Source: Harriotta raleighana (Eukaryota). Taken from it: a stretch of DNA of 64,000 nucleotides. The DNA lies in assembly GCA_050575255.1 (NCBI GenBank), contig JBNZDD010013638.1, positions 2,482,697-2,546,696 of the forward strand, read 5' to 3'. The notes under the pieces were generated by a model that saw only the letters and a program-made list of their open reading frames with translations, was not told where the DNA came from and ran no database searches. The position numbers were made by a program, and so were the translations under genes. How positions within the stretch are numbered: position 1 is the first letter of the stretch; each line of letters opens with the position of its first letter. Shown piece by piece: positions 1 through 13,195 of this stretch.

Positions 1-823
1 AGTTCAATTTTCAAGTCATTATTACAATAACTTTACTGATCCCTTTATGTGTCATGGATTTAACACTTTCAGACCCTTTGCATGTTGTTTCAATGGCGCA
101 AATCTACATCTTACTACATTAAGATGGGGGATTCTTTGGGAATGTTTAAGCACTGAAGGTTTGTGTTGTGCCATACAATCATGTCTTTCCTGAAATCAAT
201 TCAGGCCTGGGTCTAATTTGTAACATTCCTAAACTGGATATAATGCGTGAAATGCATCAAATGCCATTTGTGTATAGTGTCAAATAGATCTCTGTAATCA
301 CTGTATCCCACTGCGTGGAATTGAATGAGGGATGCCACAGTACAACTGGCATGAAATGTTGCCCTTTCAAATTCTATTAGAATAATAATCCTTGAATTTG
401 ATAAAGTGCCTCATCATGTTGTCGAGATGTCTCAAAGCCCTTCACAGGATTTTATTGTGAAATATAGTGACTATATTGGTAAGCAATGTCAAATGTTCTT
501 GTGGGGCACAATGCAAATCCCCCACTTGAAGTTTTGCTACTTGAATTCTGGAAGACCAGCGCCACCTTCAACTGTATGCAGATTTTCTTTTACATTGCAT
601 CTTCGGAATGACTTTTGTTTCTAGTGTTGCACTTTAATGTGAATTTGTCACCCGATGCGTTGTCTTGGCTTTTCTATGTCCCCATGTGACATGCTATTTT
701 ATGGGCCTATCTCCCATAGCTTCATTGATCTATAAAGGATTACATGTCAAATCCCTTTTAATCTCAGGAGAGTTAATCTTCCTTTACCCACTGCAAAGGA
801 AAATCCAACAAAATCCCACAGTA

Positions 824-1051
824 CAGTAAAACCTCGATAATCCGGCCCATTTGGGCGCACTCACCTCTCGGATTTCGAAGTTGGCCGGTATTTAGAACCC
901 ATTTAGAAATGGCTGGGGAGGCCCTGCCGCATATAAACACAGCACTGAAGCCACCAAAAATGTTCGAGCTCCACCTATCGCGCTGGATGACAGAGCGGCT
1001 ATGCCGGGAACTGCAAGCAGCTGTTCTGAACTTCAGGAGATTTACCGAGGT
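824..1051. mobile_element. Partial pogo/Tigger-like (Tc1/mariner) MITE
   Basis: TA|cagtaaaacctcgataatccggc terminus resembling the other MITEs in the window; only a degraded inverted counterpart (gatttaccgaggt) near 1040-1051. Confidence 0.55.
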
Positions 1052-1072
1052 CCAAAAAAATGTGCAACTTAG

Positions 1073-1745
1073 ACATCAGGTTCGATCCCCAGTTATCCTT
1101 CCTTCCCCACATCTGGTCTCTCAACAGCATTGGTTTATTCCATCTCCACCACATTGCCATCACTGCCAGTACCTCACCCCAACACCTGCCAAAAGCCTGG
1201 TCCATGCTGTTGTCACCTCTCGACTGAACTACTCTAATGCCTTCCTCGCCGGTCTCCCCTCCTCCACCATCCACAAACCTCAGCTCATACAAAACTCCAC
1301 CACCCGCATTCTCACCCGTACAAAATGTTGCACCCCAATTACTCCAATCCTTGACAAACTGCACTGGCTTCCTGTCACAGAGCGGATCGTCTTCAAGATC
1401 CTCACTCTTGTGCTTAACTCCATTCCTCTGCAGCCCCCACTATCTCTCTAACCTCCTATCTCCACAAAGCAGTACCCGCTCCCTCTGCTCTACTGGATCC
1501 GGCCTCTTCCTTGTCCCCCGAATCCTCCACTCCACCATCAGTGGCTTTGCTTTCAGTCACTATGTCCCAAAAATTTGGAACTCTCTTCCTCAACACTTTT
1601 GTTTCATCCCCCTTCATTCCCATCTTCAAGTCGTGCCTGAAGACCTTTCTCTTCAACCGCGCTTATGGTCACCTTTGCCCTCCCCCTGGCCATCTGAGAT
1701 GCTGCCTGGGGTGGAGGGAGCTATATAAATGCAAGTTGTTGTTGT
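1073..1745 (+). mobile_element. L2-clade LINE 3' fragment
   Basis: ORF2 C-terminal motifs LVHAVVTSRLNYSNAFL and ITPILDKLHWLP; ends gctatataaatgcaagttgttgttg. Confidence 0.9.
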
Positions 1746-4123
1746 ATGGTCCTTTACACAGAATAGCGACTGAGAATTCGTACTGAGGAAGGGATAAGGG
1801 AATGGTGACCCTAGTTGAAAAGGTAGGATTTAAGGTCAGATTTGAAAGATGATAAAGAGGCAGCGGGGTGGAAGGATTGAGCCAGGGAAATTCAAAACTG
1901 TTGTAGTGACTGAAGGTACAGCAACCGATCGGGTGTGCAGGGATCACGGACTCATAGCCCCANGGTGGAAGGATTGAGCCAGGGAAATTCAAAACTGTTG
2001 TAGTGACTGAAGGCACAGCAACCGATCGGGTGTGCAGGGATCACGGACTCATAGCCCCATTGTGAGAATTTTTAATCAGAGACTTTCTGCAATCTGCCCT
2101 GTATTACAGACTGATACAATTGCTGCATATTCGTGTTCACTGTGTAAAAAGATACTCACTTCATTGATGCCAGCGCTACACTACAAGACGCTCAATTTCA
2201 GAGCCAACCTGGAATTATTTTACATACAATACAAACAAGTACTCAGTTTCTATATAAACATTGTTTTTCAAATACTCAGCACATAATACAATTACTATAA
2301 GTAAAATAAAACTCAGTGGAGTTAGATGTGGACTTTCTTTTCTTAATACACAAACAACTTGCATTTATTCAGTCATCGAGTCTTTGCTTATAAGTTATGA
2401 AGTTGTTCATTCATCAAATATTTTCCTTACTGATTCTGAAGCAAGCAGTAACCTTTGTGTATTCCAGTACTTTGATTGGAAGCTGCAAGCTGACATGTGG
2501 AAACATTTTACTGCTAATAAGTCCTATAATGTTAAACCACGTCTGTAGTATCTGTCATACAGAGCTATTTCAAAGGTCAATGTTGAGTCACGTTTCCTTT
2601 TTAAAAAAAACTGTCCTGTTATATTGTAGGAGAGGAAGAGAACGATCAAATCTCGCAGCAAAGAAAAGGCTGAGATTTTGCAATAGAGCAAAGCAAAAGC
2701 TTTATTTCAACAAGCATAGATATTGGATTCTGGGAAAAATTAATTTTCAACTGAGCTTTTTCTTTGCAAGGAAAATTAAACTAGGAATTCTATTGTCCCT
2801 CGCATTTGTCTTACACTTTTTCTTTTTTTTACAAAAAAAGCTTTAATAATATGGATTGTTTTGAGTCAGAAGGGTGCTTCGCATTGATTCAAGTCAATTG
2901 TATAATTCTAAAATTGATAGGTTTGAAAGCGCGATGAATTAAATGCTGATTTCAAATGGTCTATCACAGTCCTAAATACATAGTACCTTTTATTAGTCAA
3001 GAAACACATGCTATTTTGCTGTGTAACTTAATATATAAACTCCATAAATGTAAAAACAAACACAGTTTGCAATGTGCATTTTCTGTATCCCCCATTGAAA
3101 TGCTGCTGAAGCTGAAGCTCCCACATATGTGAGTCGCTGCTGCTGCGATAAAGGGCGTCTGTGGCAGTGGTGGAGAAGTACGTACAGCGTCTGTTACTGC
3201 ACACGCGTTGGGATATTTTTCAAATCACATTCATGTGTAACAACATAATGTACGAGAATATTAAAACATATTGTATATAGTCCAGTCTTTCCAGGTTTCC
3301 TGTGGAAAATGTGACATGCCTTTGTCTTTATGGACCAAAAAAAAATCATCTTTACTAGTTCAGCAAAATACAGTACTATATGTTGATTCTGAGCGATTGT
3401 GAAACCTGTGTCTCTTCCACACCCCTTTGGTGCCCCATTTCACACAGAATGACTCCAGTAGCCTTTTCCAAAGCTGAAATAAAGTAGCTTTTTTTTTATG
3501 CATTCTGTCTGCACTCCTAAAGCATTGCTTTTGGAGATTCGACATGCTTTTATCAGGCTGTTACTGTACTGTATCCATCACCAGCTGTCAAATAAGTGGT
3601 GGTTGACATCAAAGCAATGTGAAGAACTGTGCTGTGCATGTCAGATTCAGGCAGTTGAGTTTCCAATCAGTTAGGATATTCTCTGTTTATTTTCGCCATC
3701 TATTCTTCTGAAGGTGTTTTGAACTCTTGTTTCTCCTTAGAAGCAAAATGAGGCCCTTCAGCCTGTCCCTCTTTACAGCCAGTTTGTTTCATGATGGTTG
3801 ATTATACATTCAATGGTGGACTGGTATATAGGAAATTTCTCAAGTACCCCCATGATTGACTGCCTAGTGTTACCTCCATAAATCAATGCCTCTATTTTAC
3901 CTCATAATCCTGAGCTCTTTCAGGAGCACAGTCCATTAATGGGTCCACTACTTATAAATAGCGCACATAAAAATGGGTACCCACAACCTTTTGGCTTCAG
4001 GATCACAAAAAATTTATCTGGGTCTTCCTACTTCCCAAATACGAATCAATTCCCTTTTTAAACATTCCAATTGTTTCTGCCTTTTTTAGCTTATTTTGTC
4101 AGTGATTCCACATTTCACACAGG

Positions 4124-4470
4124 GTTTCAACATCAGTTGGTAGCATTATTTGTCATCTCTGAATTGGACACTTAAACCTCACACTCTGTTGTCTAGTGTA
4201 ATGCTCAAAGATGCTAACCTTCAGACAAAGAGTTAAACCAAAATCTTGTCTGTCTTTTCAGCCTTTATGATCCTATGGCAATACTTGAAAATGAATAGAA
4301 TTTCTGCCGGTAGTCCTGGCCAATAATCCAGCAATAAATTTTTCATCCACTATGCACAAATAGCTGCTGCAATCACCTACAAACACACAGTCATTACAAT
4401 TTACAGTTAAACATGTGAAGCGCTTTAAGACGTAATGATGATGTGACCATAAGCAACAGGTGCTACGACT
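4124..4470 (+). mobile_element. Degraded tRNA-derived Deu-type SINE
   Basis: Head atcagttggtagca, core gatcctatggcaatacttgaa...gtcctggccaata, and tail tgtgaagcgctttaagac; homologous to 24400-24830. Confidence 0.6.
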
Positions 4471-5994
4471 AGAGGGTGATCTGCCCTCCTTCCCACCACT
4501 CTATCTACAGCTCACCTCATCAAGGGATCCTCGAGAGGAAAGCCCCGAGCCCTGAGGGGAACCACAGCCAGAGTGATAGAAAGATAATCAACCACGTTCC
4601 AGAAGTTCGAAGAGGACTAGCTGAAGTCTTGATTTCTGATGATGGCACAGAGAGACAATGATGTGCAGCAAGCCCAAGTTAGATGATTAGAGGATGCAAG
4701 CAGAAGACTAGATAGAAGAAGGTAGCAGATATAGTGAGGTGACAGGCATTAAGAGATTTATAAATGAGGATGCAGATCTGGAAGTTCATCCATTGGTAGT
4801 CCAAAAGACAGTGGAATCTACTGAGCTCTAGGAGTTTGAGAAGGGTGAGGATGTGGGTGGCAGAGTTTTAGATCAACCAGAACTTATTGCAATACAAATA
4901 TTGTCATATTATAGACAAAATGTAGATTGTACCCATAGTGAATTTCTCATCTCAGTTGTGTCATTACCAGCACCAGACACTAGCCTGAGGGTACGTTTAC
5001 TTACAGGGAGTTAGGGCAGGTCAAATAGTGACCCAGTATGATTCACCTCCCAATGCATTTGTAAGTGTAGAAATTATGCCAAAGCTGCTTGTTGACTCCC
5101 TCGATTGGGAGTGAAAAAAGGAAAAGGAAACTCAACATTAATCATACTGGCACTTTGGTAATGCAGCAGGTTAGTTCATTGACACGCTGTGCTGTAGGGC
5201 AGTACAGGTCTGGTTCCAACCCAAGATTCCTCACACAAGTGAGTTGTTCATCTCAGAAAGGGATTTTTGGGGGAGTCAGCAACTGATGAAGGGTAAGTCA
5301 GAAGAAAAGTTCAACATGCATCATGTTGACTGAACGAACCCTTGTCAGGCATGTTACTGGTTGCAATCCTGATTCATCCAATCCATGTTAGAAACAACCT
5401 CACACATGAGAAAACTCTTGGAAAAGGACAATACAAATGTAATGCAAAAGAAAAATGAATTGGACCCCATGTAAAACAAAAGAACAGGATACATGTGAAT
5501 CATTTTACTTGGCTATACAGGGTTTGAGATCCCAAGCAGATGGTCGAAAGATATAAAGATTATAGCAAAGCTGCATCTAAGATTTGGGGATATGTCTTCA
5601 AGTACTTTAGAGCATGAAATGTAGTAAAGAACTACCTCTGGGGTTGATTAATATTATATGGTATATAATTGAATGCAAACTGGCCCATTGCCAGGAGTTT
5701 AAAATCAAGACACATAGTTTCAATGTTTTTTTCATAATAGGTACAGGCCAGGCACTGAAACCATTTTGATTTTGTGAAAGAATCTTTTCTAAGTGAGAGA
5801 ATGATTGGTGCTTATTTGGATATTGGAAACGTCTGTGAATTATCTTCTCAAATTGCACTTAGAGCATCACGTATTGATGTTTGTTGTCCACCAGTCAGCT
5901 GCATAGTTCATTTACAATGTTGTACTGGCTTTTTCTTTACATCTTGGTTCAGTTTAAACATTGCAACTCATAATCAAGAGCCAAATCTCAAAGC

Positions 5995-6205
5995 TCTCAC
6001 ATTACAAGATCACAAGAGAGGTTCAAATGAAGAAGGCCATCACCCTGCCAGAATGCCAACCTTGCCATCTCTCCATAACACGCATCAAGCTGTGAGTCTT
6101 TTCTGGCCTCCGCCACCCTTCTATATAAACAATCCCAGAGTTTGATTACTTTCTGTGTGAAGAAATTCTTCTTGGTGCTTGTCCTAAATTTACCCTTCAA
6201 AATCC
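5995..6205 (-). mobile_element. CR1 LINE 3' end
   Basis: Minus-strand translation KGKFRTSTKKNFFTQKVIKLWDCL is the CR1 ORF2 C-terminal motif (FFTQRVVxxWN.L). Confidence 0.8.
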
Positions 6206-6429
6206 TGAAGGATTACCAATGAAGTTTTTAATCCTTTGTAGTGAATTTCGACCTCAAACTCGACCATGATTATATTCGCCCACAAATATACAGTCAATTT
6301 TTCCTACTTTCCTTCCCCGACCCGTCCCCCACCTGCTCTGATCCCTACTTGACTGTACAGCGCCTTGGGACGTCCTCCCGAAGTGAAAGCTGCTATATAA
6401 ATGTAATTTTGATTGATTGATGAAGAACA

Positions 6430-7520
6430 TCAAATGCCCCCTTGATCCCATCCTACCCTTGTCCTTACCTCCCAGCTCCACCTACTCACCTTCTACTCTT
6501 CAACAATATCAATCTCTCCTTAGCACCTTTCCCATCCCCTAAAAACAACTACAATCAATCCCATCCTGAAGAAACCTTCCCTGAACGCATCCGTACTTCC
6601 CATTTATTGGCCCACCTCCCTTTTATTTCCAAGGTCCTTGAAAGAGTCATAGCTTCCCAGCTTCGTTCTTGCCTCTCAATCATTCCAAGAGCTCCCCCAA
6701 TTAGGTTTCCATGCTGTGTACAGCATGGAAACTGCTCTGGTCACAAACAACATCTGTCCATCTGTGATCAGGGCTCCCTCTACCTCCTTATCCTCTCTGC
6801 TGCCTTTGACACCATGGACCACTCAAACCTTCCCACGGCCACTCCTCTCACCTCAACCGTCAAGGTTCTGTCCTTGACTGGTTCAGGTCTTTTCTCTTAT
6901 ACCATCTCAATTTGTCTCCACTAATGGTTTCTTTTCCAGCCCCCACACTGTCTTGTGTGATGTTACTCAGGGCTCTATCCTCAGTCCCCTGAACCTCTGC
7001 ATGCTTGGTGACATCATCCGCAGATATGGGATAAATTTCTCTGCTGCCACCCTCGATTCCAGGACATCTGATGTACTGACAGACTGTCTTGTCAGACATC
7101 AAGTCCTGGAAGAGAGACAACCTTCTTCAGCTAAACTTGAGCAAGACTGAGGCCCTTCTGATTGGCTTGCCAGTGACTCCACACCTCAGACATTGGCAGC
7201 ATCAGCATTCAGATGTACACTCCACCTTCCCAAGCCAGTCAGGAACCTGGGTGCCTTGTTCAACCCTCATCTGTCTTTTCTCATATCCGTACCATGACCA
7301 GCACTGCCTTCCATCACCTCTGCAATATTGCCCAATTTCATCACTGCCTCACCTTCCAGGCTGCCACCCTCATCCACACAATTGTCACCTCAAGGCTTGA
7401 CTTAGCCTTTCTCCCTCCATTGCCTCCTTCAAGGCCCTTCTCAAGATTCTCCTTTTCGACCATGCCTTCGACCTCCCCCTACCTCTCTGTCCTCTCTCAT
7501 CCCAACCCTACCCCTATTGG
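6430..7520 (+). mobile_element. Degraded L2 LINE (RT region to 3' UTR, with deletions)
   Basis: Frameshifted motifs [43 protein letters not shown] and HTIVTSRLD. Confidence 0.85.
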
Positions 7521-8265
7521 GTACAGCAATGTTCCATAAACAGTCAAGAAGTGAATGATCAATTTTATTCCACACTTAATGCCATCCTCACATTGCTGTT
7601 TAATCCTGCATCACCAAGTGGGTGGCAATATTCTCCCTTCCTATACAGTACTTGGATTACTTCACTGTCTCCCCATCAATAAGAACAACAAGAACTTGCA
7701 TTTATAGACCTTTCATGCAGGTAAGTGCAGGTCCCAGAATAGTTAACAACGATATTTTTCTTCCTTTCACAGTACAAAATGCAAACCTCTTCTTGTAGTA
7801 AAGTGTGTGAGATGTTACCCTATGTGAAGGGTGCTATATAAATGTAAGTTGTTGTTTCATTTCGATAGATTTCCCCAAAAATATTAGTCACAGGTGGAGG
7901 CACATTATTCAGAGACCTTGATTAAAATAGTATTTTGCAACCCAGTTCTTTGGTTAATGTGCTACACCTGGGACCACTTTTTCTGGGAAACCAGCCCATG
8001 CTGAACTCTGCCTTCTGAGTCAAAACTTCCCTGCCCATGGACTGCAAAAAAAAAGTTAGAACCTGGACTCACACATCTGAGTTGCACATTTCAGAATGTC
8101 GGGCATATCTTTCCATTAGGTAAATTCTAGATATTTATTCTTTTTAAATTTTCTGTGCACAAATTAGCTGCTGTGTTTGCCTACAAACATTATGCAGTAA
8201 ATTCTGTGAGGTGCCAGGACACTCACTCAGTGTGAAATTCAAGGCTTATTTTTATTGTTATATTA

Positions 8266-8648
8266 CAGTAACCTTGTTTATCCGGCCCGATTGGGGGGGT
8301 CGACTAATTGACTGTGCTGGATAAACAGGGGACAAGTTGTCGAAAACCCAACGTAAAATATTAACTTATTTTAAAACATACCATGTTAATAAAAGACTAA
8401 ATAGTAACAGAATATTGTATGGATACTTACCAATAAAGCATTCCAGCACAGTTGGGAAAAAATCAATAAAACAGCATTTTTTTACAGATCGGTAAAAAAC
8501 CCAAGTTCGTAAATTTGCTAAGTGCGCATGCGCACGCATTGCATGCATGCACAAAGAGAGCAAACTCGCGATTCTGGAATGGGGAATTGCCCCGAGAGTG
8601 GGTCGAGCAATCCGGTTGATCTGGTCACGGATGAACAAAGTTTTACTG
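8266..8648. mobile_element. pogo/Tigger-like MITE, family A copy 1
   Basis: TA target duplications; termini cagtaaccttgtttatccg...cggatgaacaaagttttactg; homologous along its length to 13196-13592 and 34271-34630. Confidence 0.85.
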
Positions 8649-8859
8649 TATTACTATTAGAGTATTATAAAAAACTTGCTTTCGTATAAATGTTCTTATT
8701 TTACCACTGGTACTGTATACGATTTATCTGTCTCCATTATATTTTCTTTGTTATGCATTGTAATCATTTATTCAGCAGATGTTTATTCTGTGGTGATGCT
8801 TGATATGGAGTCATTTATTTGCTAATAATAATTCAGATAACTCTAGCACTCGCCCCTCC

Positions 8860-9050
8860 CCCAGACTGTTTGCTCTCTTTTTAAATAGTGCCACAGGGTC
8901 TTTAATGCCCGCCTGTATGGGCATTAAAGGTAGACACAACCTTGGTTTAACTAACATTTCATCTAAAGGACAGAACCTCCCAACAATGCAACACATCTCG
9001 AGAATTTCTTCTCTGCAATTTATCACTGTTACATTCAGGATGTAGTTAAA
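8860..9050 (-). mobile_element. Deu-type SINE fragment
   Basis: ctctttttaaatagtgccacagggtctttaa...cttggtttaactaacatttcatctaaaggacagaacctcc is the reverse complement of the SINE core seen at 24400-24830. Confidence 0.6.
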
Positions 9051-9479
9051 TACTCTTCTATAGCACTTGTATCTCACATAAGCCATGTTTGATTCCATTG
9101 TTGACTTCCATAGCATATTGTTTCAAACTCCTTCAGTAGATTCCAATACTTGCCATTTTAATGATAATCCCACACTGGGCTCATGTGAAAAAAAAGTTTG
9201 TGGTGAACACATCACAAGGGTAACAAAACTGCTGTGTAATAAAGGAAGGTATCTGCAATATACTATACTAGCATATCCTTACATTTGATATCTGATATAG
9301 GTTCAGTCTACTTCAAAGGACTTGTAATAGCCATTGCTATAAGTATCATACACATTGGGCAGAATGACAATTACATTTTGACGTGGAGTTGTGAGAATCC
9401 TCAGTGTTATTCTCTGTCATGGAACTGGGAAATTTCCATTTATAATAAAAATAATCCTTACATTTGTTCCTTGCATTTG

Positions 9480-10480
9480 TGGGATGGCAATGATATGTGG
9501 AGCTCTCAGTTGGGTTTGGATATGGTAGGAAATTTCCAAATATGTCATGACAACGCTGACCAAACAAAAACATTTCTTCTCCGTCATCACCCATTCCCAG
9601 TAATTCCACCTCCTTGCGCCATTCTGATAAACTTCATGTGTTATTTCCCTTCAAGCCATCATCTTTGCCATTCACATGAAGGGAAGCAGTGATTTCTTTT
9701 GCACAAGTGCTTTCACAATGCTGCCTGATGGTCACTGGCAATTGAGTTTCCCTCCCACTGTGCCACTTCTCCCTGTGCATCTTGTAAAGTGAGATCTCTG
9801 CACATTGGAAGGTCAGGGATCACACTGCTTAAGCTTGGATACAATTCATCTACTACTAGACAATCAGTGGCAGTGCTGTTCTCTGCAACTCGGCATCTTT
9901 CCATCCATTCCTCGAAAGAGGGAATGTCTTCACTCCTGAAGGCCATGATACTTTCATCTGCACAGTATGGTCTCCAATAGGGGAGGGGGCATGGAGAGAG
10001 AGGAAAGACATGTAACTTTAAATACAGATGAAAAGAGACATAAGTACTTTGAATATACAACAGAACAAGGATTGGCACTAATCCAAAGACCACATGTGTA
10101 ATCAAACCAAGAACATTTGAAGCAGAAAATAAAACTGCAGACTTTGTTGTAGCATAAAAAATGTATTTGGTTAAAATAACAAAGCAAAGTAGTGCTTCTC
10201 TACATGTACCCAAAGCCCTCATCCTGGGCAATAGTGCTATGACATATATTGAAGTATACATGACTGTATGAAAGGGAATGTAGGATGGCGTTCCAAAGAA
10301 TAATGGAAAAAAAGATTTCTGGAATACTACCAAAATTCACAGTAACTATTCCAACTCAACAAGTTTATAATCTCTACCCTCAGCACAGAAACCAGCATCA
10401 GATAAATAACGCACCACCATGAATGATGGCATCCTGATTCTCTCTCCCGTGTGGAGTCATTTGGCATGGCCTAAAAAAAT
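9480..10480 (-). mobile_element. Unclassified ancient coding-like relic, copy 1 (possible Zisupton-like DNA transposon)
   Basis: Interrupted minus-strand frames (FRSEDIPSFEEWM, WRKEVELLGMGDDGEEMFLF, IQTQLRAP); 25/27-nt match of 9496-9522 to 18667-18693. The superfamily call is tentative. Confidence 0.35.
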
Positions 10481-10880
10481 TAGCAGTCAAGCAAGGCCCT
10501 GTACAGAAAGTGGTCTCACGATTCACTAGTAAAGCAAAGAAACTGAGTTCTCAATGGAATCAGTCTCCAGAGTCTGTGGTCATGGACAGAGCAGTGATTA
10601 CCGGAAGGAAACTGTGTACGTTGCAGGAGCTTTTGAATGCAACCTCACGCAGACAATGCCCAATGAACACCATTGAAGACAATGCTGTAGAAATCAATAG
10701 ATTTCTGAAGAAATTCTAGGTACAGTAGATCCCTTTCATTAAATGCGTCATTCTAATGCGGGTGTGCTTGTTAGGTGGGTCCTCTGTGGGTCTGCAAATG
10801 GCTTCCCATGTGCTCAAAAAAAATTATGTATTGGCCTGCATAGTCATTGTCGAATCCATATACAGTACAATTAACGTATA

Positions 10881-11560
10881 CAGTAAAACTCCATTTATCC
10901 AGTACCCAAGGGACTTGGCCAGTGGTGGTTAAACAGTTTTCTGGTTAAACGGTTAAAAATATTTTTTTGAAAAAAATTTTTTAAAAAAAATTACAAATTA
11001 TTTTAACATAGTAATAAAAGATTACCAGCTGTGCAAACACAGGAAGCTGACATTCACACACCGCTAACCCTCAGCAAGGGGAAGGCACGGTCGATTACTG
11101 TGAAGCCTTCTTGCGAGGTATTTTGAATTGATTGAATAGGCTGGACTTGCAGAGAGAGAGTGAGAGTACACACACACACACATACACATGTAAATGTTGA
11201 TCAATACTATATAAATAATAGACTAAATACAATAATAACAGATACTATATTAACAGAATATTGTATGAGTACTTTATTATTTATATTTAACTTCTACAAT
11301 GGCTGCCAAAGGAGGAAAAAAACGGGAAAACCGCACTTTTTAAAAAAAAAAGTAGTATCGCGAGTTATTTTAAAAAGTCAGTAGCCCGACTTTAGGCTCG
11401 ACTAGCGCCCGCCGATATAACTGCACCAGTACTCGCGTGCGACAATCCATTCATTAAATGCGTCTTCACTATTCTGCTGGATAACTTCCGGTTAATCGAA
11501 TCAGGACTTTTTTTTGAGATAGCGGTTGAATGGGTTTTCCGGTTAAATGAGATTTTGCTG
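10881..11560. mobile_element. pogo/Tigger-like non-autonomous element (680 bp)
   Basis: TA|cagtaaaactccatttatccag ... ccggttaaatgagattttgctg|TA terminal inverted repeats; internal (CA)n. Confidence 0.8.
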
Positions 11561-12819
11561 TACTCCCTTCGCTGGGAGTCATTCTCAAGTACAAGGGACA
11601 CTCTCTATCATAAGCTTGATTATTTTATTAAAGGCTGGAAGTTTCTCAATTAATGTGAGAAAATATGTTTTTTCATCAGAGTGTTTTTCATTGCCGCTCA
11701 TGATTCCACACAACTGAATCTAAAAGGATAAATTGAATACACGTCTTCTCAGGGTCTTTTCATGTTCAAAAATCTGACAGAGGTCAGATAATTAACTTGA
11801 GAATGTGTTCCATCTGCAACATGGAAAGGATAGGCTGTATTGTGAGAATCCAAAGAGAGAGTTATATCTGTAGTAACCAGGAAACAAATGAACAATGTTA
11901 GAGAACAAAATAAATGAGAACAGAGAAGATGGATTATTAAAACTAATCTTTCTGTTCTGCTTTCTTAATGGGATTTCGCATAGTAAGAACACAGGGAAAA
12001 GATTAACTTGTGGTCTAATCCAAAATATTCTGTTCTACATTTTCTTAAGTGTATTTGTCTTTGTTTATTTCTGCTTCCCGGACAATTATCTGGGTCCTCT
12101 TTATCTGAGCTCCTTATCTGAGCTGCATCTCCTTTTATGAATTAAATTTCAAAATTCTACTGGGCAGCTCTTGGGATTGTAAGGCTGAGATGTAGCAGAA
12201 CGGAAACGCTGGAGGCAAAAAGGCAAAGGAAGAAACTTAAAACTCTAGACGTGTTTAAGGCCCTGACAAACTTAAAGAAAAAAACTGCTTAAAATATCAG
12301 TGGAATCTATTTGTGATCGAATAAACATACTCTAACTAGGCTCTGTTTGCAATATCAGCTCTCTTTCTTATGTTTATTATCTTTAGTAGTCTTATTTAGT
12401 TTGCTACTTCGCATGTTAAAGCTAAAATGGCATTGAGGCTTGCTGTATTAATAAACGTTCTAAAATTGTTTCAGTCTGACTTCTGATTAGGCTGTGCTGA
12501 TACTTGGAGATGTTAAATGCAAGAGAGATAAAAGCTGTACAGAACTTGGAGGGGGAATGGTTGTATCTCGGGAGCAACTTGCCAGGCAAAAAGCCTGAGT
12601 TAGACAAGGCGAATTTGTACAAAATGACAATATAATTGCGGCTTGTTCAGATCAAGGAGAATTCTAAGTACTGATTACCAGAAAAGTCTATGTTAACTTT
12701 GAATTGAGAATGTGAGTAAGCATTGAATTACAATTGATAAAATTAATACACAGAAACAAGAACAATAATGGCACAAGAAGGTTATTAAGAATGGTATAAC
12801 CTTTTTTGTGTATTCCCCA

Positions 12820-13070
12820 TAGGGAGCCTAGCTTTCAGCCACTATGCTCCCACAATTCGAATTTCCTCTCTTAATTCTTCTGACTTGCTTCTATCTCTCT
12901 CTTTCTATCTTCAAAATCTACCTAAATACCTACGTCTTTGACCATGCCTATGGTCACCTCCCTCCAACCTCCTTCCCATCTTTGTTTCTCAATATCTGGT
13001 ACCATTACTATAAAGCCCTCCCAAGATGTTACCCTATGTAAAGACGCTATATAAATGCAGGTTGTTGTTT
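12820..13070 (+). mobile_element. L2 LINE 3' end
   Basis: gctttcagccactatgctccc...gtctttgaccatgcctatggtcacc...gctatataaatgcaggttgttgtt. Confidence 0.75.
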
Positions 13071-13195
13071 GAGGTGCTTTGGTCTTGTGACATTTGACGG
13101 TTCTACATCAAATTAAGGATTGTCAAATATTTACACTTAGGATTGAAAAAATGCTTGTTTGGGTCTGGGCGCCAACAAAAATCACACACCATATA

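Noticed and set aside
9713-10333. 206-aa minus-strand ORF as an intact nested gene
   Set aside because: The N-terminal half is low-complexity AT-rich sequence and the adjoining frames carry stops and frameshifts; it is treated as part of a decayed relic.
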